In this document: in pieces, positions 30,520-40,352 of the stretch | Layout: each line of letters opens with the position of its first letter | How positions within the stretch are numbered: the first letter of the stretch is position 1 | DNA from: an uncultured bacterium | GTDB taxonomy: Bacteria > Actinomycetota > Acidimicrobiia > Spongiisociales > UBA5794 | Assembly (NCBI GenBank): GCA_963801165.1 | Contig: CAWDDT010000013.1 | Location: 239,209-303,208 of the forward strand | Direction: 5' to 3' | Length of the DNA stretch: 64,000 nucleotides | Program-made: the position numbers and the translations under genes | The notes under the pieces: model-generated | Seen by the model: the letters and a program-made list of their open reading frames with translations, nothing else | The model's database searches: none | Told to the model about the DNA's origin: nothing

Positions 30520-30750
30520 AGAACCAACTCCTACCTCCCCCAGGGAAAGTCGCCGAGCGAAGTGGCCGAGCACAGCGAGGTCGACCCAACTCCTCCTCCC
30601 CCTCCGGGGGAAGTGGCCGAGCCCAGCGAGGTAGACCCAACTCCTTCCTTCCCCCTCCGGGCGAAGTGGCCGAGCACAGCGAGGTCGACCCAACTCCTTG
30701 CTTCCCCCTCTGGGGGAAGTGGCCGAGCGTAGCGAGGTCGATGGGGGCGG
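30520..30750. repeat. Tandem ~50-bp REP-like array (copy 1)
   Basis: gaagtggccgagc.cagcgaggtcgacccaactcct...cccctc.ggg repeated ~4 times. Confidence 0.8.
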
Positions 30751-30927
30751 TCTGAGATGAGCGCCTATTGCTGTGGCCTTCGCCTCCGGTGGGTCGCGCT
30801 CAATCCCCAACGCGCAGTGCAGGAAGGGCCAGGAGCGCTCCGACCCTCCACGCGCCAAGCCCGACAGAAGGCGCCTTCCATCAACCAGCGGTGTCGCCTG
30901 CTGTTCGATTGACGCTATGTTCAACCG

Positions 30928-31873
30928 ATGATCTCGGGCTACAACGACCGACGAATTGGGGCGCTGCTTGGTTTGGCAATCGGTGACGCGCTGGGGGCCG
31001 CGGTGGAGTTCCGGCCGCCGGGGACCTTCCCGCCGGTGACCGGGTACCGCGACGGCGGACCGCATGGGCTGAACGCAGGCGAGTGGACCGACGACACCTC
31101 CATGGCGCTGGCGCTGGCCGACTCGTTGGCCACCGTAGGCTGGGACCTGAACGATCAGGCCGACCGATACCTTTCGTGGTACCGCACCGGCAAGTACTCG
31201 GTGAACGGCCGCTGCTTCGACATCGGCAACGCCACCCGGCAGGCGCTCGAGACGTACGCCAGGACCGGGGATGCACCCACGTCTGGACCTGATGGCGAGC
31301 ACAGCGCCGGGAACGGCTCGATCATGCGCCTGGCACCCGTACCGATCTTCTACGCGGACCTGTATCCAGATCGGACGGACGAGCTGATCCGGTATGGGCG
31401 GGATTCGAGCCTGCCCACCCATCGTGCCCCGCAGGCGACGTCGGCGGCTGCATACATGACACTGCTACTGGCGGCGTTGATGGCCGGCGAGGATCGCGCT
31501 GCCGTGCTGGATCCGGACTGGCCGATGCTGGATGCTCTGCGGTCGACAGTCGACACCCATCCCGCCATCGACGAGGTGAGCAACGGCAGCTTCCGCAGCG
31601 ACCCGCCCGACATCAAGGGCTCCGGCTACGTGGTGCGAAGTCTGGAGGCGGCGCTGTGGGCATTTTCCCGATCGGACGGCTTTGACGGAAGCGGTCTCGA
31701 GCGCCGTCAACCTCGGCGACGACGCCGACACGACGGGTGCTGTCTGCGGCCAACTCGCAGGTGCCTACTGGGGGCTCAGCGGCATTCCCGACACCCTCCG
31801 TCATGGCCTTGCCCGGAGCGAGGTCGTAGAGGATGCCGCAAGGCGACTTCTCCGAGGCGAGGAGCCCGTATGA
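30928..31873 (+). pseudogene. ADP-ribosylglycohydrolase (copy 1, +1 frameshift at ~31684)
   Basis: GDALG, WTDDT, AGNGSIMR, DADTTGAV; tttgacgg versus tttacgg in copy 2. Confidence 0.85.
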
Positions 31874-32400
31874 AGCTTGCCGACGGTGATCATCCGCCGA
31901 AGAAAGGGACCTACTGGGTCGTTCCCGGGAAGCTCCTCGCCGGACCATTTCCCGGCTCGGCCGATCCCGACGGGGTGTCCGAGGCGGTTGGCCCCCTGCT
32001 CGACGTCGGGGATCACAACGTTCCTGAATCTGATGGAACCAACCGAGACCGACCACAGCGGCGATCCGTTCACCCCGTACGAAGCGGCACTTGGCCCGCG
32101 GGCGGCGATGCTTCGGCGCCCGATCACGGACCTGTCGATCCCGAGCCGGGAGGACATGATCGCCATCCTGGATGACATCGATGCCGGCTGTCGCAAATGG
32201 AGCCGTCTACGTGCACTGCTGGGGCGGTGTGGGCCGCACCGGCACTGTTGTCGGTTGCTGGTTGTTGCGACACGGATATGCGGTGCCGTCGGACGTCATC
32301 GACACGATCCAGTCGCTGCGGCAGGTCGATCCGGTGCGCGGCCATGCCTCTCCCCGAACGGACGCCCAGAGCTTCGTGTCGGGTGGAGCGAGAGAAGTGA
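31870..32400 (+). pseudogene. Cys-based (dual-specificity/PTP-like) phosphatase (copy 1, several frameshifts)
   Basis: HCWGGVGRTG; indels near 32010, 32187 and 32345 relative to copy 2. Confidence 0.8.
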
Positions 32401-32492
32401 CGTGACGTGCCACCGGTCCCCTGAACCGATGCGCCATGGGTAGGCTCGCACACCAGGAGGTTCTCTGACGACAGAGTGCCGGCGAGGGAGGC

Positions 32493-33530
32493 GTGATGAT
32501 GAAGTTGTTGGTCGGTACCGAGAAGGGCGCATATCTTCTCGAGGAGTCGGGAAGCGATTGGGGGGTCACCGGGCCGATGTTCCCCGGCTGGAAGACGACC
32601 GCCTTTGGGGTGGCGCCGGACGGGACGAACCTGGCCGCAGTCGGGAGCAACTGGTTCGGAATCGGTGTTCAGCGCTCCGAGGACCTCGTCAACTGGTCGC
32701 AGACGGAGGCCCCGCCGGCATGGCCCGAGGACACCGACCGCAAGATGGAGCAGATCTGGACCTTCCACACTTCCGGTGACCGCCTCTGGGCGGGTGTCGC
32801 CCACGCCGGATTGTTCGTCTCCGCCGACCAGGGTGTGACCTGGTCACCGGTCGATGGTCTCAACGAGCATCGCACCCGGGCCGACTGGCAACCCGGCTTC
32901 GGTGGCCTGTGCGCCCACCGGGTCAACATCGACGGTGACGCCCAGTGGGTGTCGATCTCGGCGGTGGGTGTCTTCCGATCCGACGACGGCGGTGCCAGCT
33001 GGGTGCCGAAGAACGACGGAGTGGACGCCGTCGGTCTTCCCGACGACGCCCCCCGCCCCGAGGTGGGGTATTGCGTCCATTGTGTCGCCCACGACCTCGC
33101 CGACCCCATGAGGATCTGGCGCCAGGACCACAGCGGCGTGTATCGCACCGCCGACGGTGGCGACAACTGGGAGAAGATCGAGAACGGTCTGCCGGCCGGC
33201 TTCGGCTTTGTGATGTGGCGGGACGCCTCGAGCGGACGTTTGTTCACCGTCCCGCTCGCCGCCGATTCCAACCGGGTGCCCGTCGACGGCGAGCTGCGGG
33301 CCTACCGCTCCGACGACGACGGCGATTCGTGGCAGGTCGCCGGTACCGGATGGCACGACGCGCCGCAATTCACCGGCGTGCTGCGGGGAGCCTTCGACGG
33401 TGACAACCGGGGTGCGTTCTGCTTTGGCACCACCGGTGGGAAGCTGTGGCTGACGAGAGACAACGGTGACTCGTGGAATGAGCTGGAACCGTCATTCCCC
33501 CGCATCGGTGCGGTGCGCCTGATCCCATGA
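32493..33530 (+). CDS. BNR/Asp-box beta-propeller protein (copy 2)
   Basis: Few substitutions versus copy 1. Confidence 0.88.
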   Translation: MMMKLLVGTEKGAYLLEESGSDWGVTGPMFPGWKTTAFGVAPDGTNLAAVGSNWFGIGVQRSEDLVNWSQTEAPPAWPEDTDRKMEQIWTFHTSGDRLWAGVAHAGLFVSADQGVTWSPVDGLNEHRTRADWQPGFGGLCAHRVNIDGDAQWVSISAVGVFRSDDGGASWVPKNDGVDAVGLPDDAPRPEVGYCVHCVAHDLADPMRIWRQDHSGVYRTADGGDNWEKIENGLPAGFGFVMWRDASSGRLFTVPLAADSNRVPVDGELRAYRSDDDGDSWQVAGTGWHDAPQFTGVLRGAFDGDNRGAFCFGTTGGKLWLTRDNGDSWNELEPSFPRIGAVRLIP

Positions 33531-33790
33531 CGGCCTCTCTCAGACTCACCCAGATGCTCGCCGAGACGGCGAACACACAGGTCACCCGCCGTGTCGCCGG
33601 ATCCAGCGTGGCCGAGGTTCTGGGAGACCTGTTTGCCGGCGATCCGGGACTGCGAGGACACATCCTCGACGAGACGGGCGCAATCCGACCGCACGTCGCC
33701 GTGTTTGTCAACGGCACCCAGGCCCGCCTCGACACGCCGGTTCCCGAGAACGCCGACGTCTACGTACTCCACGCAGTGAGCGGAGGCTGA
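33527..33790 (+). CDS. MoaD/ThiS ubiquitin-like protein (copy 2)
   Basis: C-terminal GG; one residue differs from copy 1. Confidence 0.9.
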   Translation: MTASLRLTQMLAETANTQVTRRVAGSSVAEVLGDLFAGDPGLRGHILDETGAIRPHVAVFVNGTQARLDTPVPENADVYVLHAVSGG

Positions 33791-34019
33791 GCAGGCGGTG
33801 CGCTTTTCCCACCTGACCTTGGGTCAGGTTCGAGATGCCCCGCAAATCGGGCCAGAGTGACGATGGCTTCAGCGAAGCGGTCAGTCGTGCGCGCACACGG
33901 CCCTCTCCGCCTTCCGTGCCGGCTGCGCCGCCACGCCGGCACCTCTCCCAGAGGGAGAGGGAATTCATCCTCCCTTCCGGAGGATCGACCGGCCAAAGGC
34001 AAGTCAGCTCTTGTTTGAG

Positions 34020-34250
34020 CAACGAGGCAGACCCAACTCCTCACCTCCCCCTCCGGCGAAGTGGCCGAGCCCATCGAAGGCAGACCGAACTCCTTCCTTC
34101 CCCTTCCGGGCGAAGTGGCCGAGCCCAGCGAGGTCGACCCAACTCCTTGCTTCCCCCTCGGGGGAAGTGGCCGAGCACAGCGAGGTCGACCCAACTCCTT
34201 GCTTCCCCCTCTGGGGGAAGTGGCCGAGCGTAGCGAGGTCGATGGGGGCG
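34020..34250. repeat. Tandem ~50-bp REP-like array (copy 2)
   Basis: Same unit as 30520-30750 with different first units. Confidence 0.8.
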
Positions 34251-34426
34251 GTCTGAGATGAGCGCCTATTGCTGTGGCCTTCGCCTCCGGTGGTCGCGCT
34301 CAATCCCCAACGCGCAGTGCAGGAAGGGCCAGGGCGCTCCGACCCTCCACGCGCCAAACCCGACAGAAGGCGCCTTCCATCAACCAGCGGTGTCGCCTGC
34401 TGTTCGATTGACGCTATGTTCAACCG

Positions 34427-35371
34427 ATGATCTCGGGCTACAACGACCGACGAATCGGTGCGCTGCTTGGTTTGGCAATCGGCGACGCGCTGGGGGCCGC
34501 GGTCGAGTTCCGGCCGCCGGGGACCTTCCCTCCGGTCACCGGATACCGCGACGGCGGACCGCATGGGCTGAACGCCGGCGAGTGGACCGACGACACCTCC
34601 ATGGCGCTGGCGCTGGCCGACTCGTTGGCCACCGTAGGCTGGGACCTGAACGATCAGGCCGACCGATACCTTTCGTGGTACCGCACCGGCAAGTACTCGG
34701 TGAACGGCCGCTGCTTCGACATCGGCAACGCCACCCGGCAGGCGCTCGAGACGTACGCCAGGACCGGGGATGCATCCACGTCTGGACCTGATGGCGAGCA
34801 CAGCGCCGGGAACGGCTCGATCATGCGCCTGGCACCCGTACCGATCTTCTACGCGGACCTGTATCCAGATCGGACGGACGAGCTGATCCGGTATGGGCGG
34901 GATTCGAGCCTGCCCACCCATCGTGCCCCGCAGGCGACGTCGGCGGCTGCATACATGACACTGCTACTGGCGGCGTTGATGGCCGGCGAGGATCGCGCTG
35001 CCGTGCTGGATCCGGACTGGCCGATGCTGGATGCTCTGCGGTCGACAGTCGACACCCATCCCGCCATCGACGAGGTGAGCAACGGCAGCTTCCGCAGCGA
35101 CCCGCCCGACATCAAGGGCTCCGGCTACGTGGTGCGAAGTCTGGAGGCGGCGCTGTGGGCATTTTCCCGATCGGACGGCTTTACGGAAGCGGTCTCGAGC
35201 GCCGTCAACCTCGGCGACGACGCCGACACGACGGGTGCTGTCTGCGGCCAACTCGCAGGTGCCTACTGGGGGCTCAGCGGCATTCCCGACACCCTCCGTC
35301 ATGGCCTTGCCCGGAGCGAGGTCGTAGAGGATGCCGCAAGGCGACTTCTCCGAGGCGAGGAGCCCGCATGA
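34427..35371 (+). CDS. ADP-ribosylglycohydrolase (DraG/ARH family)
   Basis: GDALG, WTDDT, GNGSIMR, PTH, NLGDDADTTGAV. Confidence 0.93.
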   Translation: MISGYNDRRIGALLGLAIGDALGAAVEFRPPGTFPPVTGYRDGGPHGLNAGEWTDDTSMALALADSLATVGWDLNDQADRYLSWYRTGKYSVNGRCFDIGNATRQALETYARTGDASTSGPDGEHSAGNGSIMRLAPVPIFYADLYPDRTDELIRYGRDSSLPTHRAPQATSAAAYMTLLLAALMAGEDRAAVLDPDWPMLDALRSTVDTHPAIDEVSNGSFRSDPPDIKGSGYVVRSLEAALWAFSRSDGFTEAVSSAVNLGDDADTTGAVCGQLAGAYWGLSGIPDTLRHGLARSEVVEDAARRLLRGEEPA

Positions 35372-35904
35372 AGCTTGCCGACGGTGATCATCCGCCGAAG
35401 AAAGGGACCTACTGGGTCGTTCCCGGGAAGCTCCTCGCCGGACCATTTCCCGGCTCGGCCGATCCCGACGGGGTGTCCGAGGCGGTTGGCCCCCTGCTCG
35501 ACGTCGGGATCACAACGTTCCTGAATCTGATGGAGCCAACCGAGACCAATCACAGCGGCGATCCGTTCACCCCGTACGAAGCGGCACTTGGCCCGCGGGC
35601 GGCGATGCTTCGGCGCCCGATCACGGACCTGTCGATCCCGAGCCGGGAGGACATGATCGCCATCCTGGATGACATCGATGCCGCTGTCGCAAATGGAGCC
35701 GTCTACGTGCACTGCTGGGGCGGTGTGGGCCGCACCGGCACTGTTGTCGGTTGCTGGCTGTTGCGACACGGATATGCGGTGCCGTCGGACGTCATCGACA
35801 CGATCCAGTCGCTGCGGCAGGTCGATCCGGTGCGCGGCCATCGCCTCTCCCCCGAAACGGACGCCCAGAGACGCTTCGTGGTCGGGTGGAGCGAGACGAA
35901 GTGA
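35368..35904 (+). CDS. Cys-based dual-specificity/PTP-like phosphatase
   Basis: HCWGGVGRTG (CX5R), PITDLSIP, SPET..Q; ATGA overlap with ARH gene. Confidence 0.9.
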   Translation: MKLADGDHPPKKGTYWVVPGKLLAGPFPGSADPDGVSEAVGPLLDVGITTFLNLMEPTETNHSGDPFTPYEAALGPRAAMLRRPITDLSIPSREDMIAILDDIDAAVANGAVYVHCWGGVGRTGTVVGCWLLRHGYAVPSDVIDTIQSLRQVDPVRGHRLSPETDAQRRFVVGWSETK

Positions 35905-35912
35905 CGTGACGC

Positions 35913-38258
35913 TCAATCACCCAGCGCCCGGTGCAGGAACGCCGCCATCTGTGCCCTGGTTACGGGATCGTTGGGACAGAACATGTCGTTCGTTGGCGGG
36001 TTGCAACCCTTGGTGACCCCGGCCGCAGCCAGCTTGGCGATATCACCTTCGAACACCGACCCGTCGTCGTCGACAAACGAGTTGCCGCCACCGTCGTCGG
36101 TGTAGCCAAGGGCCCGCACCAGGAACGCCGCCATCTGCCCCCGGGTAACCACGTCGCCCGGGCAGAACATGTCGTTGGCCGGCGGGTTGCAGCCCTTGCT
36201 GATCCCGGTGTTGCCCAGCCACTGGATGTCGTCGACGAACACGGACCCGGCGATGTCGGTGAAGGTGACGGGCGGGCCCTGCATGATCACCGTCGCCAAC
36301 GCCCGGTGCAGAAACGCCGCCATCTGGCCTCTGGTCACCGAATCGTTGGGGCAGAACAGGTTGTTGTCCGGCGGGTTGCATCCCTTGGTGATGCCCTGAT
36401 CCGCCAGCCACTCGACGTCGGTGAAGAAGGTGTGCGTGCCCGGCACGTCGTCGAAGGTGGGTGTCGTCGGTGTCTCGAACACGTCGGTGACGTCGATAGT
36501 GACCGTCGCCGTGTCGCTGTCCGGGCCGTTGCTCACCTCAACCGTCAGGGTGTAGGCAGGGGTCGTCTCGAAGTCGAGGGCGGTTGCGGTGGTGATGGCT
36601 CCGGTCGCCGCAGCAATGACAAAGGCGTTGCCGGTGTTCCCGGCGGTGATGGAATACACGAGCGTCCCGGCCCCACTAGCGGTCACCGTACCAACCGCGG
36701 TGCCGACCGGTGCGTCCTCGGCAAGAGTGAAGTCGGCGTCACCGGCGACGACCTCAGGCCCGCAGCCGCCCGGATCGGCAGTGAGCCAAGGGTCGAAGTC
36801 GACGTTGGCGCTGACACTGTCACCCGCACCGGCCCCGGCACCCGAGGGACCGGTCGAGCTCCCCCACCAGTTGTTCTCGAAGGCGATGTCGCCGGTGCCG
36901 GTGAAATTGTGGACGCCGTCGCTGTTGCCGATTATGCAGTTGTCGGTGGAGCTGACGAGAGTCACTTCGGCGGTGATGGCAAGACCGGTCATGATGGAAT
37001 TGGCGATCAGGTTGTTGCTGATCACGTTCGGGTGGACGTCGGACAACCTGATCGCATCGCCGTTGGCCCGGGTGTGGCCGTCGGGGTCGATCCCGAAGAC
37101 GTTGTGTTCGAGGTGGAACCCGGCAGCACCCGTGGGGCCGGCGGCATAGACACCGTAGGTCGCCGCCCCGACGTAGTTGTCCCGTATCTCGTTGCCGGTC
37201 GAGGTGGCGGTGAGAGAAAGGTCGATGCCGATCGTCATCGGAGCTGCGGTTCCGGCCGGGCTGGTGCCGAACACGTTGCCGACAACATGGTTGTTGAGCA
37301 CCGCCCCGCTGCCGCCGTTGAGAAGGACCCCTCGATCACCGCCGAAGTAGTTGCGCTCGAGATCGTCCGAGACGCCGTCGAGGTTGCTCCCGATGAGGTT
37401 GCTCCTGGCGGATTGGGCCACATCCACGCCGCGCCCGCCGCCGAGCTGGGTGGTGCCGTCTGCGGTGAACCCGAAGTAGTTGCCGGCGACCTGGTGGCCG
37501 ATGGCGCCGGCAGTGGTGATGTCGACGGCGGCGATCGTTCCGGGGGCGCCAAAGACGTTGCGCTCCGCCAGGTCGTCGACACCGTCGCCGTCCGTGCCGA
37601 CGACCACCTGCGAAGCGTTCCCGTCGAGGGCGATGGAGGCGGTGAAGTCGCCGGTGCCGAGGATGTCGACACCCGGTCCGTCGAGACCGAAGTGGTTGCA
37701 GAAGATATGGTGACCCGACCCCTCGTATACGTCGATGCCCGGGGTGGAGCCGGCGTTGGTGCCGAAGGCGAAGCCGCTGATCGTGGTGACGCCGTCGGTG
37801 TTACCCACGTTGAAGATGGTGGCACTGCCGGCCGGTTCGGCGCTGACGACCTCGATCCGCATGTAGGACGGGTCGGTGGCGGTGGCGCACACGTTGGCTT
37901 GCGGTGCGTCGTTCTGCGGCTGGGTGGTGGCGTCGAGGTTCACCGCATCGGTGATCGTGATCGGGTTGCCGGTGAGGTTGATCCGGCACACCCCGTTGAG
38001 ACACGCCGAGGCGGGGATGTTGAACTCTATGGTGTCGGTCCCGGCATTGGCGTTGGCGGCGGCGACGGCACCCCGCAGGCTGCAATCGAATGCGGCGTCG
38101 GTACAGGCACTGAGAGCCCCGCTGTCGGAGACGGTATCCACCACATACGACGTGGCCGCTGCCGCAGGAGCGGCTGTGGCAATGGTGACGAGCGGCGTCG
38201 CGGCAAGGATCGCGGCTGCGAGCCAGGCTGCGAAACGACTGCGAGAGGTTGATGACAT
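35913..38258 (-). CDS. Secreted CSLREA-like/cadherin/SLH surface protein (paralog 3)
   Basis: Colinear with paralogs 1 and 2. Confidence 0.88.
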   Translation of the reverse strand: MSSTSRSRFAAWLAAAILAATPLVTIATAAPAAAATSYVVDTVSDSGALSACTDAAFDCSLRGAVAAANANAGTDTIEFNIPASACLNGVCRINLTGNPITITDAVNLDATTQPQNDAPQANVCATATDPSYMRIEVVSAEPAGSATIFNVGNTDGVTTISGFAFGTNAGSTPGIDVYEGSGHHIFCNHFGLDGPGVDILGTGDFTASIALDGNASQVVVGTDGDGVDDLAERNVFGAPGTIAAVDITTAGAIGHQVAGNYFGFTADGTTQLGGGRGVDVAQSARSNLIGSNLDGVSDDLERNYFGGDRGVLLNGGSGAVLNNHVVGNVFGTSPAGTAAPMTIGIDLSLTATSTGNEIRDNYVGAATYGVYAAGPTGAAGFHLEHNVFGIDPDGHTRANGDAIRLSDVHPNVISNNLIANSIMTGLAITAEVTLVSSTDNCIIGNSDGVHNFTGTGDIAFENNWWGSSTGPSGAGAGAGDSVSANVDFDPWLTADPGGCGPEVVAGDADFTLAEDAPVGTAVGTVTASGAGTLVYSITAGNTGNAFVIAAATGAITTATALDFETTPAYTLTVEVSNGPDSDTATVTIDVTDVFETPTTPTFDDVPGTHTFFTDVEWLADQGITKGCNPPDNNLFCPNDSVTRGQMAAFLHRALATVIMQGPPVTFTDIAGSVFVDDIQWLGNTGISKGCNPPANDMFCPGDVVTRGQMAAFLVRALGYTDDGGGNSFVDDDGSVFEGDIAKLAAAGVTKGCNPPTNDMFCPNDPVTRAQMAAFLHRALGD

Positions 38259-38427
38259 GGCCCCACCCTTGAGTCTTCGATATGACCCCTGAGAAACTAC
38301 TCGCCTCTTCGGCGAATTGGCCGGGCTCTTTTGGTCCCCCTTTTCAGCATCTACCGGCAGCAAGTCCGCACTGTGACCCGAGATCTTCGAGGGAATCGGC
38401 CGGAACTACCAGGCGGCGAGACCGCCG

Positions 38428-38847
38428 TCAGAACTCGTGCCCCCAGGGCCCGACCCCGTAGATCCGCTCCACGGTGACCCGGATGACGAATCCGGGTGGG
38501 ACGTCGCGCATCGGGAATTGCTGGCCGGGGCCGATGTAGTACTGGGCGAGGTGGTCCATCCATTCCAGGGCGCCGCCTTCGGTTACCCGGCCGCGGCCGG
38601 AGATCACCGCATACGGATGCAGTGTCTCCCCCGTGTTCTCATTGGCCTGGAACGAGATCACAACCCTCGGGTCGCGCCTGATGCTCTCCAGCTTGTGCTG
38701 GTCGGGGAAGGTGGCGAAGACGAGGTCGTCGCCGTCGAAGCCTGCCCACAGCAGCGTGACGTGCGGGGTGCCGTCCGCATCGAGGGTGACCAAATGACCG
38801 AGCGGCCCGGTGGCCAGCAGATCTCGAACCGACTGTGGAATCTCCAT
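38428..38847 (-). CDS. PPOX-class (F420-dependent) oxidoreductase
   Basis: GHLVTLDADGTPHVT, K..IRRDPRVVIS. Confidence 0.85.
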   Translation of the reverse strand: MEIPQSVRDLLATGPLGHLVTLDADGTPHVTLLWAGFDGDDLVFATFPDQHKLESIRRDPRVVISFQANENTGETLHPYAVISGRGRVTEGGALEWMDHLAQYYIGPGQQFPMRDVPPGFVIRVTVERIYGVGPWGHEF

Positions 38848-38900
38848 AGGAATGAGGCTACTGCAGCCCGGCTACCGGCTCCGACGTCGAGGGGTGGTCC

Positions 38901-39608
38901 TCAGTTCGTCGGCCCGGACCCCTGAGCCGGGTCGGCGCCGTCGTCTACGAACCGGTCCCGGTACGGGTGCTTGTCCGCCTCGGCCAGCAACCCGTCGGCG
39001 AGGCTGTTGGCGGCGTTCATCTCGCCGGCGCGGTCGACGATGAACAGCGCCATGGTGTGCCTGTCTGCCAGCTCGACAGCGGGCTTGGTGTATCCGCCGA
39101 GCGCAAAGACGATCGCCCCTTTCCCGAGCGACTTGGCGACGGTGTGCAGCGCTTCGATCGCCGGTGGCCCGACCGGGGCCGGATCTGTGATCACCTGCGC
39201 CACCGCCGCCGCAGCGACGATCCCGCCGGCGGAGCCGGTCGACACGGCGTCACCGAAGCCGAGGTACCGCATCCAGTCCCGGGCGGCCGGCTCCGGCCCA
39301 CCCGCCGCATCGAAACGCGAGGCTCGGGGACGGGGGCTCTGCGCCGCCCGCCGTTGCGGCGCCATCTCCTTCGCCTGCTCGAGTTTCGCCCGGCCCCGCG
39401 CCACCAGGTACCAGATGAACGCAATGAAGGTGCCGACCCCGGTGAGCGAGCCGTACCAGTTGGCCGTGCTCGCCGAGAGCCCGAGGCTGCGAAGGAAGAA
39501 CGACGTGAGCGGCGCAATGAAGACCGGACACACCGTCAACGCAGTGCCGATTGCCCGCCACGGCCGATATATCGAGTGGCGTATCTCACGAATGGTCTGC
39601 TCTATCAC
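38901..39608 (-). CDS. Membrane protein with degenerate Mrr-like restriction endonuclease domain
   Basis: Two TM segments then AARDWMRYLGF.DA..T...AVAQV...VG...GGYT..AVELAD...ALF. Confidence 0.65.
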   Translation of the reverse strand: MIEQTIREIRHSIYRPWRAIGTALTVCPVFIAPLTSFFLRSLGLSASTANWYGSLTGVGTFIAFIWYLVARGRAKLEQAKEMAPQRRAAQSPRPRASRFDAAGGPEPAARDWMRYLGFGDAVSTGSAGGIVAAAAVAQVITDPAPVGPPAIEALHTVAKSLGKGAIVFALGGYTKPAVELADRHTMALFIVDRAGEMNAANSLADGLLAEADKHPYRDRFVDDGADPAQGSGPTN

Positions 39609-39779
39609 CCCTACGCCATCGGCACCGCGGCCGGGTGCCTGAACCGAGTGAGCCGACCAGGGGCGCAACGGCGGGTCACTGGTTGTCGTAGCTCATCCGG
39701 GGCGAGATCCGGGCGACGAACTGCCACACTGCGCTGTCGTCGTTCCGGTTGGCCGGCTGGACTTCGACAGAACGGCGTC

Positions 39780-40352
39780 TTAGCCGAGCATCGATAGCTG
39801 CTCCGGTGGCACTTCGCCCTCATCGTTGAGAAGCTCGCGGATTTCCCCGACGTCGACAATCGGAGTTGCTCCACGCCGCTCCAGGGTCGGGTTGCCCGGG
39901 CCTTCGCCTGGACCACGCCAGACAGCAACCCGACCGTATCCGCGCCTACCCAACGATGGCTACCCCACCCCGCTTCAACAGCGATGCGTCCCCGACTGTG
40001 AACAGGAGCGGCGGGGCGGCGGTTCCGAGCAGCCGACTGAGACGCTCGGGGTACAGCTCGCTGCCGATTGAGATGGCGGTGATGCCTTTGCATGTCCTCG
40101 TATTCGAAGGCAACCGCACCCGCGCCTTCGATCGAGCGTATGCACTCTCGCGGCCAGGTCAGGATCGAGGCTCTGGCACATCAGCCGGGCTCAGTTGCCG
40201 GCCAAACACCTCCTCGGGTGTCATTCCCGCGTCAGCGAGCTGCGCGACGAGCTTGTGCCACGCACCGGGGTAAGCGACGGCCTCCGGCGGTCACCAGGAC
40301 GGCTGGCCAACACCAGCACCGTCATCGTGTCACTGCCGTCATTGTCTCTCAT
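39780..40352 (-). pseudogene. dprA: Internally deleted dprA-like remnant
   Basis: 39780-39945 nearly identical to 60655-60820; 40040-40330 similar to ~61290-61590; ATG overlaps upstream PIN stop. Confidence 0.8.

Larger units (their letters stand above)
28893..35911 (+). repeat. Tandem direct duplication of ~3.5 kb (28893-32406 and 32407-35911)
   Basis: Both units start gtgccaccggtcccctgaaccg and end ...gaagtgacgtgac; same four genes. Confidence 0.93.

Noticed and set aside
30520-30750. Possible CRISPR array (also 34020-34250)
   Set aside because: Units are contiguous degenerate tandem repeats without unique spacers, and there are no cas genes in the window.
35931-38252. 773-aa plus-strand ORF (likewise 21739-23499, 18043-19650, 28328-29854, 59273-60487)
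   Set aside because: Shadow or alternate-frame ORFs over well-supported genes.
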